A stretch of 64,000 bases of DNA from Candidatus Dojkabacteria bacterium (GCA_041918255.1 JAYRWD010000026.1:9977-73976); one strand, 5' to 3'. Positions 1 to 10,660 are shown, counted from the stretch's first letter. Made by a program: numbers and translations. Notes: generated from the letters alone by a model not told the origin.

Positions 1-906
1 TTCTATAACTTCTACCCCTTTTTTTTCTAAACTAGTGATGCCACCCCTAACTATTTTCTCCACCTCAACATCTATTCCCTGTTCGAAATATTGTCTGGGC
101 ACTCCTACTTTAACACCTTTGAATGAATCAGTTAATTTATTTACGTTATAATATGCGCCCACAGGGATATCATAAGTTATATTATCTTTAATATCTTTGC
201 CAGCAATAATTTGTTCGACAAGCCCGGCTTCAAAAACATTTCGAGCAATAATTCCAGGTGTATCAAAGGAAGAAGCCATAGATATTAACCCGTATCTTGA
301 GTTGCGACCATAAGTGGCCTTTAGTCCGACCAAACCGGTGAACGCGGCTGGTTGTCGAACCGAACCACCCGTATCAGTTCCTATGGCAAATAATCCAATA
401 CCGGCCGCCAAAGATGCGGCCGCACCAGAACTCGACCCACCTGGCACCCTTGTTGTATCAAGGGGATTCAATGTCGGTCCATACCCCGAATTTTCGCCGC
501 TCCCACCAAACGCGAATGGATCGCAATTTGTCTTGCCAATAATAATCGCTCCCTCTTGTTCCAACTTTTCAACTACCGTAGCACTATATTGTGCTATATG
601 ATTTTCAAGCATTCTAGAACCGGCGGTGGTTTTTTTCCCCTTCGTCATTATTACGTCTTTGACCGTAAAAGGTATCCCCGCCAACATCCCAAGTTGTTTC
701 CCAACCCGCACCTGAAGATCAATTTCCCTTGCCTTTTCTAGGCTTTCATCAAAAACGGTTATAAAAGCGTTTAACTCTTGTCCTAAAGTTTTTGCAAGAT
801 TCAAATGATAGCTAACTAATTCAACTGCTGAAATCTCCTGCTTTTTTACCTTTGTTACAGCCTCTTGAATAGAAATTGTAGAATACTTTTGTTTATTGAT
901 CTTCAT
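1..906 (-). CDS. gatA: Glutamyl-tRNA(Gln) amidotransferase subunit A (GatA). Partial: the C-terminus runs off the window start.
   Basis: Minus-strand translation from the ATG at 906 gives MKINKQKYSTISIQEAVTKVKKQEISAVELVSYHLNLAKTLGQELNAFI. The amidase signature GGSSSGAAASLAAG is encoded around 420-470. The ORF is open to position 1 and overlaps gatC by 14 nt. Confidence 0.85.
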   Translation of the reverse strand, partial: MKINKQKYSTISIQEAVTKVKKQEISAVELVSYHLNLAKTLGQELNAFITVFDESLEKAREIDLQVRVGKQLGMLAGIPFTVKDVIMTKGKKTTAGSRMLENHIAQYSATVVEKLEQEGAIIIGKTNCDPFAFGGSGENSGYGPTLNPLDTTRVPGGSSSGAAASLAAGIGLFAIGTDTGGSVRQPAAFTGLVGLKATYGRNSRYGLISMASSFDTPGIIARNVFEAGLVEQIIAGKDIKDNITYDIPVGAYYNVNKLTDSFKGVKVGVPRQYFEQGIDVEVEKIVRGGITSLEKKGVEVIE

Positions 907-1213
907 CCTGTTTTTCATTTGTTGATCTAAAAGAAAAAAAATTACCCTTTCGCTTAAAATTTGAAAGATTAGCAAATATCTCTTCTTCGTGTAAACCAAT
1001 CGACATCTCATCTTCACGAAATATGGGACCCCGGAAATCATAGACATTGGAAGTTTCCTCTATATCCGATAGGACCACATCATTTAACATATCGACGTAA
1101 TCCAATAATGAAGCAAATTGCTCGGTAAACATATCTAATTCTTTATCTGTCAATTTAATTTTAGCCAGATTGGCAATTTTCGATATTGTTGCTTTTTCAA
1201 TTATTTTTTTCAT
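893..1213 (-). CDS. gatC: Asp/Glu-tRNA amidotransferase subunit C (GatC)
   Basis: A 106-aa product with the LAKLxLxxxE-type N-terminus. It lies immediately upstream of gatA and overlaps it on the same strand. Confidence 0.75.
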   Translation of the reverse strand: MKKIIEKATISKIANLAKIKLTDKELDMFTEQFASLLDYVDMLNDVVLSDIEETSNVYDFRGPIFREDEMSIGLHEEEIFANLSNFKRKGNFFSFRSTNEKQDEDQ

Positions 1214-1410
1214 GTATTACACAGACATATTTATAAACAATGCATAATTATATACCAACAACTTGAGAATATTGAACTCAATGCAGAATCTTTCAATACA
1301 ACGTCAAAATTCTAAGCGAAATACTCATATTTGCTGGATTATATCTTTAGATAGGCGACGCCTCTTTATCTGACGTAAGAACTCAATGCCAAACTTTTCC
1401 TTTGCCAACC

Positions 1411-1866
1411 TTAATTTGGTTTGACGTTGAACCGGACCGAGTAGTCAGAGGGATCCTTATCTATGCCCTTTATATTTAGATCGATTTCGCCATTACCATC
1501 AAATTCATAATAGTAAGATAAACAATCACTATTAGCCCCCTGTCCTTCACCCGGTATCCCGCCATTTGAAACCAAACCCGCAGTAGCATTCCCACTTTTA
1601 GTAGTAAATTGCATGAAGTTATCCTGCTGTGGATATATCCCTCGAGGGATATTTATAAAAAGCCTGGAGGTCTCAGTTACTTCCTGAGTAGAATTATTTG
1701 GGAATGAGTTGCATAATTTAAGCTTTTGTTCAAAGGATTCTTCGCCCGATTTTTGAGTTGCATTTTCTACCTTTACCCTAAGTGTTTGAAAAGATATCCA
1801 ATAAGTACCAGCTACTAGAACGGACAATACTGCCAATGACATAAAAAATACAAACTTTTTATTCAT
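1411..1866 (-). CDS. Hypothetical secreted protein with an N-terminal signal peptide or anchor.
   Basis: A 151-aa ORF with a hydrophobic N-terminus (FVFFMSLAVLSVLVAGTYWISF). I recognise no other motif. Confidence 0.4.
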   Translation of the reverse strand: MNKKFVFFMSLAVLSVLVAGTYWISFQTLRVKVENATQKSGEESFEQKLKLCNSFPNNSTQEVTETSRLFINIPRGIYPQQDNFMQFTTKSGNATAGLVSNGGIPGEGQGANSDCLSYYYEFDGNGEIDLNIKGIDKDPSDYSVRFNVKPN

Positions 1867-2124
1867 GCGTCGAAAGCTTGAAAATTAAGCCAAAGTTCCC
1901 TGACGAAGACAGCAACTAATTTAATCAAATTATACACCGAATTGAAATAACCCGAGCCTCAGTTCGAACAAGAGACGCGACAAGATGTCCCCTTACTTTG
2001 CAAACAGATGAAGTTGCACTCAGGATTTCTTGATATTTTGTAATAAAGTATCGTCTGATCAAATACTCACAGACGCAAAAAATCTGCTAAACTGTTGAAC
2101 GTAGAAATAAATTCACATTCTGCA

Positions 2125-3645
2125 ATGTTAGCTAAAATCTATACCGCTGCTCTGATTGGATTAGACGCGAAACTGGTAGAAGTCGAAGTCGATATTCAAA
2201 GAGGATTGCATAAATTCAATATCGTTGGACTTGCCGGTAAAGCAATACAAGAAGCAAAAGATCGGGTAACGGCCGCCATTAAGAATTCAAAGGCGGATTT
2301 TATATTTCGCCACATCACAGTCAGTCTTGCGCCTGCCGACCTTCCCAAAACAGGTCCTTCTTATGATTTACCAATCGCCATAGGTATATTACTAGCCTCA
2401 AAACAAATTCATTTCAATCCAGAGGATATTTTGCTACTTGGGGAATTATCACTTGAAGGTAGAATACGCCCGCTCCCAGGAATATTGCCGATAGCTACCA
2501 ATGCCACAAAGATCGGATTCCACAAGCTTATAGTTCCGGTACAAAATGCCCCTGAGGCTTCTCTAGTTCCAGATGTTGAAATTTATCCTGCAGAAACAAT
2601 TGATCAGCTAATAGATTTTTTTCGTGGCGAGCAAATAATTGAAAGGTTTACACCCCCCTCTTCCTCGGGAAACAAACCAAGGTTTTACACGCACGATATG
2701 CGGTTTGTGAAAGGGCAAGAACATGCAAAACGTGCCGTGGAGATTGCCGCTGCAGGAAACCACAATATCTTACTTACTGGAACGCCTGGCTCAGGTAAAA
2801 CACTTCTAGCGAAAACACTTCCCTCTATTCTGCCCGAAATGACTTGGGAAGAAAGTCTAGAAGTTACACGAATTCATAGCGTGGCCGGTCTAGTAACCGA
2901 GGCTAATCCGCTCGTTACCATTCGTCCATACCGAAATCCACATCACACAACCTCAGAAGTTGCGCTCGTCGGGGGTGGTGCTTTTCCGCGACCCGGAGAG
3001 ATTTCGCTCGCTCATAGGGGTGTTTTGTTCTTAGACGAATTTCCAGAATTTACTCGTGCCGCTCTTGAAGCATTACGCCAACCCATGGAGGATAAGATTG
3101 TCAATATCTCCCGTGCTAGTGCCTCTTTACAATTTCCAGCAAACTTTATGCTGATAGCTGCCATGAATCCGTGTAAATGTGGTTGGAGAGGCGATCCTGA
3201 CAAACCATGTACATGTTCGCAACTTGAGTACCAAAAATATCAAAAAAGAATAAGTGGTCCCATCTTAGATAGAATCGACCTACAAGTAACCGTGCAAAAA
3301 GTTAGATACGAAAAACTAATAGCTACAGAAGACACTGCAGAAAGTTCAGAGTCGATACGCATCCGGGTACAAAATGCGCGAAATATTCAATTATCGCGAT
3401 ATCATAATCACAGGATTGTCTCAAATAGCGAATTGCGGCAACAGGATATTAATTCATTCATACACCTCGATAATGAATCACAAGAGATGTTGCGCAAAGC
3501 TGTAGATAAATTTAATTTATCCGCAAGAAGTTACTTTAGAATTTTACGCGTAAGTAGAACCATCGCCGATCTTGGAAAATTTGAAGAGGTAACCCACGAA
3601 CATGTGGCCGAAGCCCTCTCTTACAGATTTAGCGCAGAGGATTAA
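2125..3645 (+). CDS. comM: Mg-chelatase-like AAA+ ATPase YifB/ComM family
   Basis: N-terminus MLAKIYTAALIGLDAKLVEVEVDIQRGLHKFNIVGLAG, Walker A GTPGSGKT and Walker B FLDEFPEF. The track ORF begins at a TTG at 2095; the conserved N-terminus starts at the ATG at 2125. Confidence 0.85.
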   Translation: MLAKIYTAALIGLDAKLVEVEVDIQRGLHKFNIVGLAGKAIQEAKDRVTAAIKNSKADFIFRHITVSLAPADLPKTGPSYDLPIAIGILLASKQIHFNPEDILLLGELSLEGRIRPLPGILPIATNATKIGFHKLIVPVQNAPEASLVPDVEIYPAETIDQLIDFFRGEQIIERFTPPSSSGNKPRFYTHDMRFVKGQEHAKRAVEIAAAGNHNILLTGTPGSGKTLLAKTLPSILPEMTWEESLEVTRIHSVAGLVTEANPLVTIRPYRNPHHTTSEVALVGGGAFPRPGEISLAHRGVLFLDEFPEFTRAALEALRQPMEDKIVNISRASASLQFPANFMLIAAMNPCKCGWRGDPDKPCTCSQLEYQKYQKRISGPILDRIDLQVTVQKVRYEKLIATEDTAESSESIRIRVQNARNIQLSRYHNHRIVSNSELRQQDINSFIHLDNESQEMLRKAVDKFNLSARSYFRILRVSRTIADLGKFEEVTHEHVAEALSYRFSAED

Positions 3646-3688
3646 AAGGTTATAAAATTTATCCCACAGTAATTCCGTTTAATTTGCT

Positions 3689-4285
3689 TTAGAGTCGAAT
3701 GCGTGGCGTCTCCCCTACCCTTTCGTAATATTTATCAAATTCTTCCCCCTTCCATAAGTTATGTTCAGGATTGGGTACTCGCGAAATAAAAAGTATTCCA
3801 TTTAAGTGGTCAACCTCATGTTGCACAACATGCGCAAAAAATCCTTTGGCATCAACCCTCCTTATCTCCCCTTCTAAGGTTGTGTATTGAACCTCAATTC
3901 GATCAGCTCGAGAAACAGGTCCATATATAGCAGTTTTCTCATTTTCGCCAATTGAAAGACAGCCCTCCCAATAGGTTGATTCTCCAGTCACTTGTTTCGC
4001 GATTTCGGGATTAATCATGACCTCCCATAATTTAGTTTTTGAAAGATGTCTAACTTTTTTTCCCTTTTTTTGTTGCTCTTCAAGATCGGTTCTTCTACAT
4101 ATGCACAATCTCACCCCCCTGCCCACTTGATTTGCGGAAAGTCCTGCGGAGCGATCTCGCAACTTCTCGCAAGTTTCCATCATATCTTTGGCCAAAGACT
4201 GTACCTCCTTATGCGAAACACTCTTAATTGCTTGCGCTGGAGTTTCAAGGATGGGGTCACCTATTTGAATTATTTTTAGAACCAC
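3689..4285 (-). CDS. def: Peptide deformylase
   Basis: All three PDF motifs are present: G-x-G-LSANQVG, EGCLS and HEVDHLNG. Confidence 0.85.
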   Translation of the reverse strand: MVLKIIQIGDPILETPAQAIKSVSHKEVQSLAKDMMETCEKLRDRSAGLSANQVGRGVRLCICRRTDLEEQQKKGKKVRHLSKTKLWEVMINPEIAKQVTGESTYWEGCLSIGENEKTAIYGPVSRADRIEVQYTTLEGEIRRVDAKGFFAHVVQHEVDHLNGILFISRVPNPEHNLWKGEEFDKYYERVGETPRIRL

Positions 4286-4492
4286 TGTTGCGTATGAACA
4301 AAACTTGCTAATTATACTTTATTTGTAGCATAGAACTAAATATTAGAACATATATACTCACGCCATATCTTTAAATAATAATTTGGTGTTACTTTCACGT
4401 GAAACCAGAAAATAACTTCAGATAATGTTGAATATTACTTGATGTCCAACCAGACAAACAAATATAATCAACGTATCATTATATTTGTATTC

Positions 4493-5551
4493 ATGATAGT
4501 TTTAGTAACTGGTGTTGCTGGCTTTATTGGTTCGTACACCGCAAGGAAATTTTTATCTGAAGGGCACGAAGTTATTGGGGTAGATAATTTTGACCCAATG
4601 TATTCAAAGAAGGCTAAACTTTTCAATTTGAGACTTATTGAAATTCAAGCGGGTTTGCTCGCGAAAGGAAAAAGCAACTTAAATGAATTCTCAATATTTG
4701 AACTGTTACGAAGTTACCAAAAAGAAACATCTACAACAAAGGGTAGCTTTGTTTTTTACGAAGCAGACATCCGTGATCCCAAAGAAATGCTTCGTCTATT
4801 TAAGAAACATAAGCCAGACATTCTAATTCATTTGGCGGCATTAGGTGGTGTACCGGATTCGATGAAAAGACCTTTGCAATATATAGAGACTAATGTACTT
4901 GGAACCACCAATCTTTTAGAACTTTCTGTGCAAAACGATTTGAAGCATTTTGTGTTTGCTTCCTCTTCCTCAATATACGGCGATACAGATATGGGTGTCC
5001 AGGGTGAAAACACAGATGCAGACAAACCGATCTCACAATATTCAGCATCCAAACGCATGAGTGAAATTCTAGGGTACACATACAACTCTATTTATAATCT
5101 GCCCTTCACTTGCTTACGTTTTTTTACGGTTTACGGACCACTTCAAAGACCCTATGGCATGGCCATTCAAAAATTTATACGTCAAACCCTGGAAAATAAA
5201 CCACATACACTCTACGGGGATGGGTCAATGCAAAGAGATTATACATATATCGACGATACAGTTGAAGGAATATACGCGGCCTCACAGAAACCAATCGGTT
5301 ATATAGAATGCAACATAGGATGTGGTAACGCGATAAGCCTAATTAACCTAAGCGAGTTAATAATACAGAATCTAAAAAAAGGATCGCGAATATTTATCGA
5401 TAAACCGCCGACTGAAGTCTTATCTACTCTTGCTGACATTTCAAAAGCACAAGCTGTATTTGGATATACTCCAAAAATTGCTTTTGACGAAGGACTCAGA
5501 CGACAAATTGAAGTTTTTCTAGAAATGCCTGATTGGTATAAATCAATTTAG
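4493..5551 (+). CDS. NAD-dependent epimerase/dehydratase (GalE/UDP-sugar epimerase family)
   Basis: Rossmann motif VLVTGVAGFIGS at the N-terminus from the ATG at 4493, plus the YxxxK region (YSASK). The track ORF from 4439 adds an unlikely leader. Confidence 0.7.
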   Translation: MIVLVTGVAGFIGSYTARKFLSEGHEVIGVDNFDPMYSKKAKLFNLRLIEIQAGLLAKGKSNLNEFSIFELLRSYQKETSTTKGSFVFYEADIRDPKEMLRLFKKHKPDILIHLAALGGVPDSMKRPLQYIETNVLGTTNLLELSVQNDLKHFVFASSSSIYGDTDMGVQGENTDADKPISQYSASKRMSEILGYTYNSIYNLPFTCLRFFTVYGPLQRPYGMAIQKFIRQTLENKPHTLYGDGSMQRDYTYIDDTVEGIYAASQKPIGYIECNIGCGNAISLINLSELIIQNLKKGSRIFIDKPPTEVLSTLADISKAQAVFGYTPKIAFDEGLRRQIEVFLEMPDWYKSI

Positions 5552-5599
5552 TGTGTTTTACGTGAAACTATTTTTCCCGTGTTGCAAAATATCTTGACG

Positions 5600-6403
5600 C
5601 TAAAATGCCTCAAGACCCCTTAGTATTTTTGGCAATTGCTTTAAGGTAGAGTTATAACCCTCATTGATATACTGAACCGCATTTGAAATTTTTGCGATGT
5701 TGAACGTAACCGATTCGATCTGTGGCTCAATAATTATATCCGCTTCCTTCACGTTAGCTTTTGCCAAATAATATCTGAATGAGTCAAGTGCACCCCTCAT
5801 AACCTTTGACATCGAGGGCATCCGATTGTGGGTTATGCTACTTGGAAAAAAACATGAATCTAAATTTACCCCTATCACAAAGTCGGCACCTAACTTCCTT
5901 GCGGCGTCTACAGGTACCGGTTGCGAAGCCCCTCCATCTATGTAAAGTGCGTTCCCGATGTTTACTGGTCTAAATAAAAAGGGTACCGCGGATGTCGCCT
6001 CGAGTGCCTGTTCAAGTGAACCACGATCAAATATTGCGGTATGACCCGATATCAAATCAGTTGCCAATACAGCAAATTTTGGTTTTAAATTAATAATATT
6101 TTGCTCCCCAATAAACTTAATTACGTGGGCAATTGCCTTCTTATTCTTTAGTAGTCCAGCTTGGAAATTAAACTTGGAAATCAGTTTGAGGATTTTAAAT
6201 ACATCAAGATCCAGCCAAAACTTCTCTATCTCATCAATGGTTTTTCCAGAACAATACATTGCTCCCACCAATCCACCGGCAGACGCCCCTACTACCAAAT
6301 CTATTGGAACATTATGCTCAGTTAAACATTTTAATACCCCAATATGCGCATACCCCCTCAAACCACCACTTCCCAAAGCAAGTCCAACGTTTCTTTTTCT
6401 CAT
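5600..6403 (-). CDS. Patatin-like phospholipase
   Basis: Oxyanion motif GSGGLRG and the nucleophile-elbow motif GASAG, spaced as in patatins. The catalytic Asp context DGG is present. Confidence 0.75.
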   Translation of the reverse strand: MRKRNVGLALGSGGLRGYAHIGVLKCLTEHNVPIDLVVGASAGGLVGAMYCSGKTIDEIEKFWLDLDVFKILKLISKFNFQAGLLKNKKAIAHVIKFIGEQNIINLKPKFAVLATDLISGHTAIFDRGSLEQALEATSAVPFLFRPVNIGNALYIDGGASQPVPVDAARKLGADFVIGVNLDSCFFPSSITHNRMPSMSKVMRGALDSFRYYLAKANVKEADIIIEPQIESVTFNIAKISNAVQYINEGYNSTLKQLPKILRGLEAF

Positions 6404-6475
6404 AGGTTTTATTGATATTTAAGGATATAATCCATGTAATAAAGCTTATTATATTCGTTTTAACTTCATTTTGTC

Positions 6476-7303
6476 ATGCCGGAAACAGGTCAAACAAGAC
6501 TTCTATATATTGGGGATGTTTCTGCTCGTCCCGGTCGCTCGGTTGTACATGAAATATTACCTAAATTAAAAGTTAAATATCACTTTGATTGGGTTATAGC
6601 TAATATTGAAAACGCAGCAGCAGGGAGAGGCGTCACGCGCCAAATTCTCGAGGAGTTTAACGCTATTGGAATCGATTACTTCACAGCAGGAGAACATATT
6701 TGGGATAGGGTCCAATTTACCAAAGAAATGCAAGATAGCTCGTTGCCAATACTTCGAGCATATAACTACGAAGCCCAACAACAGCTACCCGGAAAAGGAT
6801 GGGTTCTACTTACTAACGGAAGTAAGAAACTTTTGCTGGCGTTATTCCTTGGGCAGACCTTTATGAGAGAGAATGTACGAAATCCATTCTGGGCAGCCGA
6901 TGAGCTCTGGGACTCATTGATAGGGGAGGGAATAGTTGAGGCCACGAAAATACCTGACTTCCCCGTAGTCTTTGAAATTCATGCAGAGGCTACCTCGGAA
7001 AAAAAGACATTCGGTTATTATGCTCGCGAAAGAGCTTCTTGTGTGGTTGGAACTCATACCCATGTTCCGACAGCTGACACTCAAATTAATTTCGGGCAAG
7101 CTTATGTAACCGACATTGGCATGTGTGGGATACATGATGCAAGTTTATGGGTCGAATACGAGAAAGCTCTTCTTAATTTTAAGTATCCTTATAAAAATAA
7201 ATTCGAACCAAAACTCGAAGGGAAAAGAGTATTTAATTCCGTAATGGTTGAGTTTCAGGATGGTATCGCGACAAAAATTAAGCGATTAGATTTCGCTATT
7301 TAA
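6476..7303 (+). CDS. ymdB: YmdB-like metallophosphoesterase (2',3'-cyclic-nucleotide phosphodiesterase family, TIGR00282-like)
   Basis: The N-terminal LLYIGDVSARPGR and the spacing of downstream GEH/His motifs match the YmdB family. Confidence 0.65.
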   Translation: MPETGQTRLLYIGDVSARPGRSVVHEILPKLKVKYHFDWVIANIENAAAGRGVTRQILEEFNAIGIDYFTAGEHIWDRVQFTKEMQDSSLPILRAYNYEAQQQLPGKGWVLLTNGSKKLLLALFLGQTFMRENVRNPFWAADELWDSLIGEGIVEATKIPDFPVVFEIHAEATSEKKTFGYYARERASCVVGTHTHVPTADTQINFGQAYVTDIGMCGIHDASLWVEYEKALLNFKYPYKNKFEPKLEGKRVFNSVMVEFQDGIATKIKRLDFAI

Positions 7304-7708
7304 ATTCGAATTTTCACTTCTAGTCTATAATCTCACACAAATAAAAACCGAAAACTTTTTATTTCAACAACCCATAACTATACCCCATAAAAATCGGTCT
7401 GTGCAGGATTGATAGAGTAGAACCTCTTTCCTGTGGTAAACATTGCCTTCGTATATAAATCACCCCGATGCCTAAAATGTAATACTAGTGAGCATTTGCG
7501 TAGCATAGCACAATATTGTTTACCCTCTATGGAGTATACCCACTACATACTTGTTTTTCTTTCATCGGCAAGGTGCTCTGATCCTATATTTATCAACCGT
7601 ATGTTTCGAATCTCTGCCACAGTCTTGACATTCACAGTTACTAACCGTATTCTGTTAGCAATACCATTGATTTATCAATGGTAAATCTATAAAGGAGGTG
7701 AGATAACA

Positions 7709-7981
7709 ATGAATAAAGCAGATCTAGTCGATGCAGTAGCATCAGCGACTGGCGTAACCAAAAAAGACGCGGGCTTAATGCTCGAGGCTTTAATGGAAGC
7801 AGTCATGGGAGCACTAAAGAAAGGTTCACGAGTAACCCTAACGGGCTTTGGAACTTTTATGGTATCCCAAAGAAAGGCCAGAACTGGACGCAACCCACAG
7901 AGTGGCGAAGTCATCAAGATTCCAGCTCGCAAAGTTGCAAAGTTCAAACCAGGGAAAATGCTTCGCGATATGGTCAAATAA
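7709..7981 (+). CDS. hup: DNA-binding protein HU
   Basis: A 90-aa product, MNKADLVDAVA...GFGTF...RNPQSGEVIKIPARKVAKFKPGK, which is a classic HU/IHF fold sequence. A strong SD, AAAGGAGGTGAG, sits 6 nt upstream. Confidence 0.9.
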   Translation: MNKADLVDAVASATGVTKKDAGLMLEALMEAVMGALKKGSRVTLTGFGTFMVSQRKARTGRNPQSGEVIKIPARKVAKFKPGKMLRDMVK

Positions 7982-8007
7982 TCATATCCGATCCTTTTTA
8001 CCGCAAA

Positions 8008-8038
8008 AAAGATCCCGGAAAGCAGTGGGATCTTTTTT
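8008..8038. terminator. Rho-independent terminator hairpin between convergent hup(+) and serS(-)
   Basis: AAAGATCCC-[ggaaagcagt]-GGGATCTTTTTT. It carries a T-run in one direction and an A-run in the other, so it looks bidirectional. Confidence 0.6.
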
Positions 8039-8056
8039 GATGGTCTAAAATCGGAT

Positions 8057-9385
8057 TTATTTCAAATCTCTTTTTTCTATTCGTTCCTTACCAACATACT
8101 CCTGCAAGACTTCGGGGACTCTTACGCTTCCGTCTTTGTTTTGATAATTCTCTAGAACGGCTATCAGAATTCGAGGTGACGCTACCACTGTATTATTTAG
8201 GGCGTGAGGATAATATTTCTCGCCATTTGGTCTTCTGACCTTAATATTTAGTCTACGAGTCTGCCAATCACCTAGATTTGACGCGCTGTGTGTTTCTCCA
8301 TATCCCTTACGAGAGGGCATCCAAGTTTCAATGTCAAACATTTTATATTTGCCAGCTCCCATATCGCCTGTGCAAAGCTGGATTATCCGATATGGAAGTT
8401 TTAGCTTCTGTAGCAATTCTTCAGAATAACTTAGCATTAGTTGGTGAAGTTTATCGGATATTTCATAATCATTCTCGCACATGACAACTTGCTCAATTTT
8501 CATAAATTCGTGAATACGATAGATGCCCTTTGTATCTTTACCATAACTCCCTATTTCACTTCTATAGCAGGGGGAATACCCAGCATATTTCAATGGTAAT
8601 TCGGATTCATCGATTACCTCCTCAGCCCTGTAGTATAAAAGACTTGGTTCAGCTGTACCTATCAGATAGCGCTTTTCGTTGTCGTCTCCTTCGCGAGTAT
8701 GACGCAAGCTATCCGCCGAGTATACATTATCTTCGTCAAATGGAAAATGTCCCGATCCCCATAACGCTTGCTCGCGAACTAGGGTAGGGGGGATAAAAAT
8801 ATCAAATCCTTTCGACTGTATTAACTTTAAACCAAACATCATAATACCCATGTGTAAGAGGGCTCCTTCGTTTTTCAGGTAATATCCTCGGAAACCGGCT
8901 GTTTTTACACCTCTTTCAAGATCTAAAATACCAAGTTCTGTTCCGAGCGCAATATGATCTTTTATTTGGAAGTCGGGAATCAACGGTGCGCCTCCCTCTC
9001 CTTGATCAGGAGACCATTTTTTGACCTCTACATTCTCTCGCTCATCCTTTCCAACCGGGGTATCGGAAGAGACTATCTGGGGAGTTCTCCACATAATTGC
9101 CATATATTTCTTGTCAAGATCATCAATTATGGCCTCTTTTTCCGCTATTTTTTTCTTTAACTCTTTGCCTTTAAGAATTTCCGATTCTTCGGGTCGACCT
9201 TTTTGTACTTTATCGTATCCAGCATTCAAGTTTCTTTTGGAACGTAGCTCATCTAACTCTTGCCTCAATATTGACAATTTGTCATATAACGACAAAAGTT
9301 CGTCAACGTCTAGATTTAAATTCTTACGTCGCACAAGCTCTTTATAGGCCTCAGGGTCTTGTTTAATTAGCTTGATATCTTGCAT
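8057..9385 (-). CDS. serS: Seryl-tRNA synthetase
   Basis: A 442-aa product with an N-terminal coiled-coil arm and a class II catalytic core (FRGYYLKNEGALL..., TAEPSL, RSEIGSYGKDTKGIYRIHEF). Confidence 0.9.
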   Translation of the reverse strand: MQDIKLIKQDPEAYKELVRRKNLNLDVDELLSLYDKLSILRQELDELRSKRNLNAGYDKVQKGRPEESEILKGKELKKKIAEKEAIIDDLDKKYMAIMWRTPQIVSSDTPVGKDERENVEVKKWSPDQGEGGAPLIPDFQIKDHIALGTELGILDLERGVKTAGFRGYYLKNEGALLHMGIMMFGLKLIQSKGFDIFIPPTLVREQALWGSGHFPFDEDNVYSADSLRHTREGDDNEKRYLIGTAEPSLLYYRAEEVIDESELPLKYAGYSPCYRSEIGSYGKDTKGIYRIHEFMKIEQVVMCENDYEISDKLHQLMLSYSEELLQKLKLPYRIIQLCTGDMGAGKYKMFDIETWMPSRKGYGETHSASNLGDWQTRRLNIKVRRPNGEKYYPHALNNTVVASPRILIAVLENYQNKDGSVRVPEVLQEYVGKERIEKRDLK

Positions 9386-9467
9386 TGCTACAGGAAAATA
9401 AAATATTACATAGGTAATTATAGAACCAAGCAGTACTATTTTACTAATCCAATCGTTTTATAAACGC

Positions 9468-9494
9468 GAAAAAGACCCTCCGTAGGTCTTTTTA
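9468..9494. terminator. Hairpin with flanking T/A runs, a possible terminator downstream of the 9678..10442(-) gene.
   Basis: AAAGACC-[ctccgta]-GGTCTTTTT, flanked by A/T runs on both sides. Confidence 0.4.
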
Positions 9495-9677
9495 GCTGTT
9501 TAGTTCGGTCGAGCCACCTCAAATTTGAGGTTTATTGGTTCGTTTAACACAATGAAATCTTACCAGCGTATCCTTTCCAGGTCAATTTTATTTAAACTTT
9601 CTAAATATACACTTAAAAACTACCTCGCTGATCAAAGTCCTTATCTAACATATCTTTTCGATCGTAAAGGGCTTGCC

Positions 9678-10442
9678 CTAAACCAAAATCTGCATTAATT
9701 TTTCGGTTTTTATCCTGATTAATTCGTATAAAGATTGTTCGAGGTCAAAATCAAGTTCTGGGATATGATTCTCTTCAATCCTCATTCTGCGTAAAGGTGG
9801 AATATGGCGGAACCTCGGATTATATACAAATTCTTGTTTAGCATTTTTTCGGATGCAGAAATAGGCCAACCCCTTCGTCCGTGTCAATTCCTCATTTATC
9901 TCACGTTTGTAACGATATACCCTCGCAAGTATAGCAGGCTCTTCGCCAGTGTTTACGAAAGTATAAAACCACCCCTCTGGGATAGCAACCTTTGTCCGGG
10001 GTTTTATCTCAAATACCAAACCCTCTTCCACGCAAACCTCATCTTGACTATCTTCACAGTTCTTTTGCATAAGTAATGTTACGGTACCATAAACTCCTTC
10101 AACAATTGAGCTAAAATGAATCTCTCTTGTCCATGGTGAGGACGCTTTGAAATAAATATGAGAGCGGATATACTCAATGCCTAGTAAACCTGCAGGGAGT
10201 ACGATTAATTCATAATTCAAACCTTTATCGATTAAATCCTGATCGTCCTTATGATGAAGTGAATATTCAGAATATACATACCGTGGATGGGTTAAGGATT
10301 TATTTAATAGGGTAGGGGTGAGACTGTCAATAGAAATCCTACACCTATTAGTGCAATTTATTTGAGCTTCATCAAGTCTGACGCTAGATGAATTCTCATC
10401 AAAATCTACAGGCAAAGTGCAAATGTCTTGAAGCGAGGTCAT
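9678..10442 (-). CDS. Hypothetical protein, possibly cupin-fold.
   Basis: A 254-aa ORF with good coding appearance. Weak cupin-like motifs are present (REIHFSSIVEGVYG ... PEGWFYTFVNTGEEPAIL). I do not recognise the family. Confidence 0.35.
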   Translation of the reverse strand: MTSLQDICTLPVDFDENSSSVRLDEAQINCTNRCRISIDSLTPTLLNKSLTHPRYVYSEYSLHHKDDQDLIDKGLNYELIVLPAGLLGIEYIRSHIYFKASSPWTREIHFSSIVEGVYGTVTLLMQKNCEDSQDEVCVEEGLVFEIKPRTKVAIPEGWFYTFVNTGEEPAILARVYRYKREINEELTRTKGLAYFCIRKNAKQEFVYNPRFRHIPPLRRMRIEENHIPELDFDLEQSLYELIRIKTEKLMQILV

Positions 10443-10660
10443 TGAGTATTGTGGTTAATAAGTAGGAAATAACCAACTTTAATGTTTAGCGCGTTTCACT
10501 CGCAATTAACCTTTAAGTATCAATGGATATCTTTTCTAATATATAGTTTATGTTACATATTGTCAAATAAAATACTCAAAATATGTGCGCCACAAGCATA
10601 TCGGATATATATCGAAAGCATGGGTTCTTTGGAAATCGTAACAATTTACAAGGAATAGTA

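Noticed and set aside
314-741. Plus-strand ORFs 314..601 and 556..741
   Set aside because: They are antisense to a well-supported gatA. The correct-frame minus-strand translation shows the amidase GGSSSG signature. These are low-complexity reading-through artefacts.
3012-5085. Short antisense ORFs inside comM, def and the epimerase (3012..3203, 4046..4279, 4828..5085, 4890..5081)
   Set aside because: They are fully embedded in strongly supported genes on the opposite strand. They have no motifs and atypical composition.
7433-7684. An 83-aa ORF in the hup upstream spacer
   Set aside because: It has no SD, a Cys/Phe/Ile-biased composition, and lies in an otherwise non-coding AT-rich leader. 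It is more likely a UTR or small RNA than a protein.
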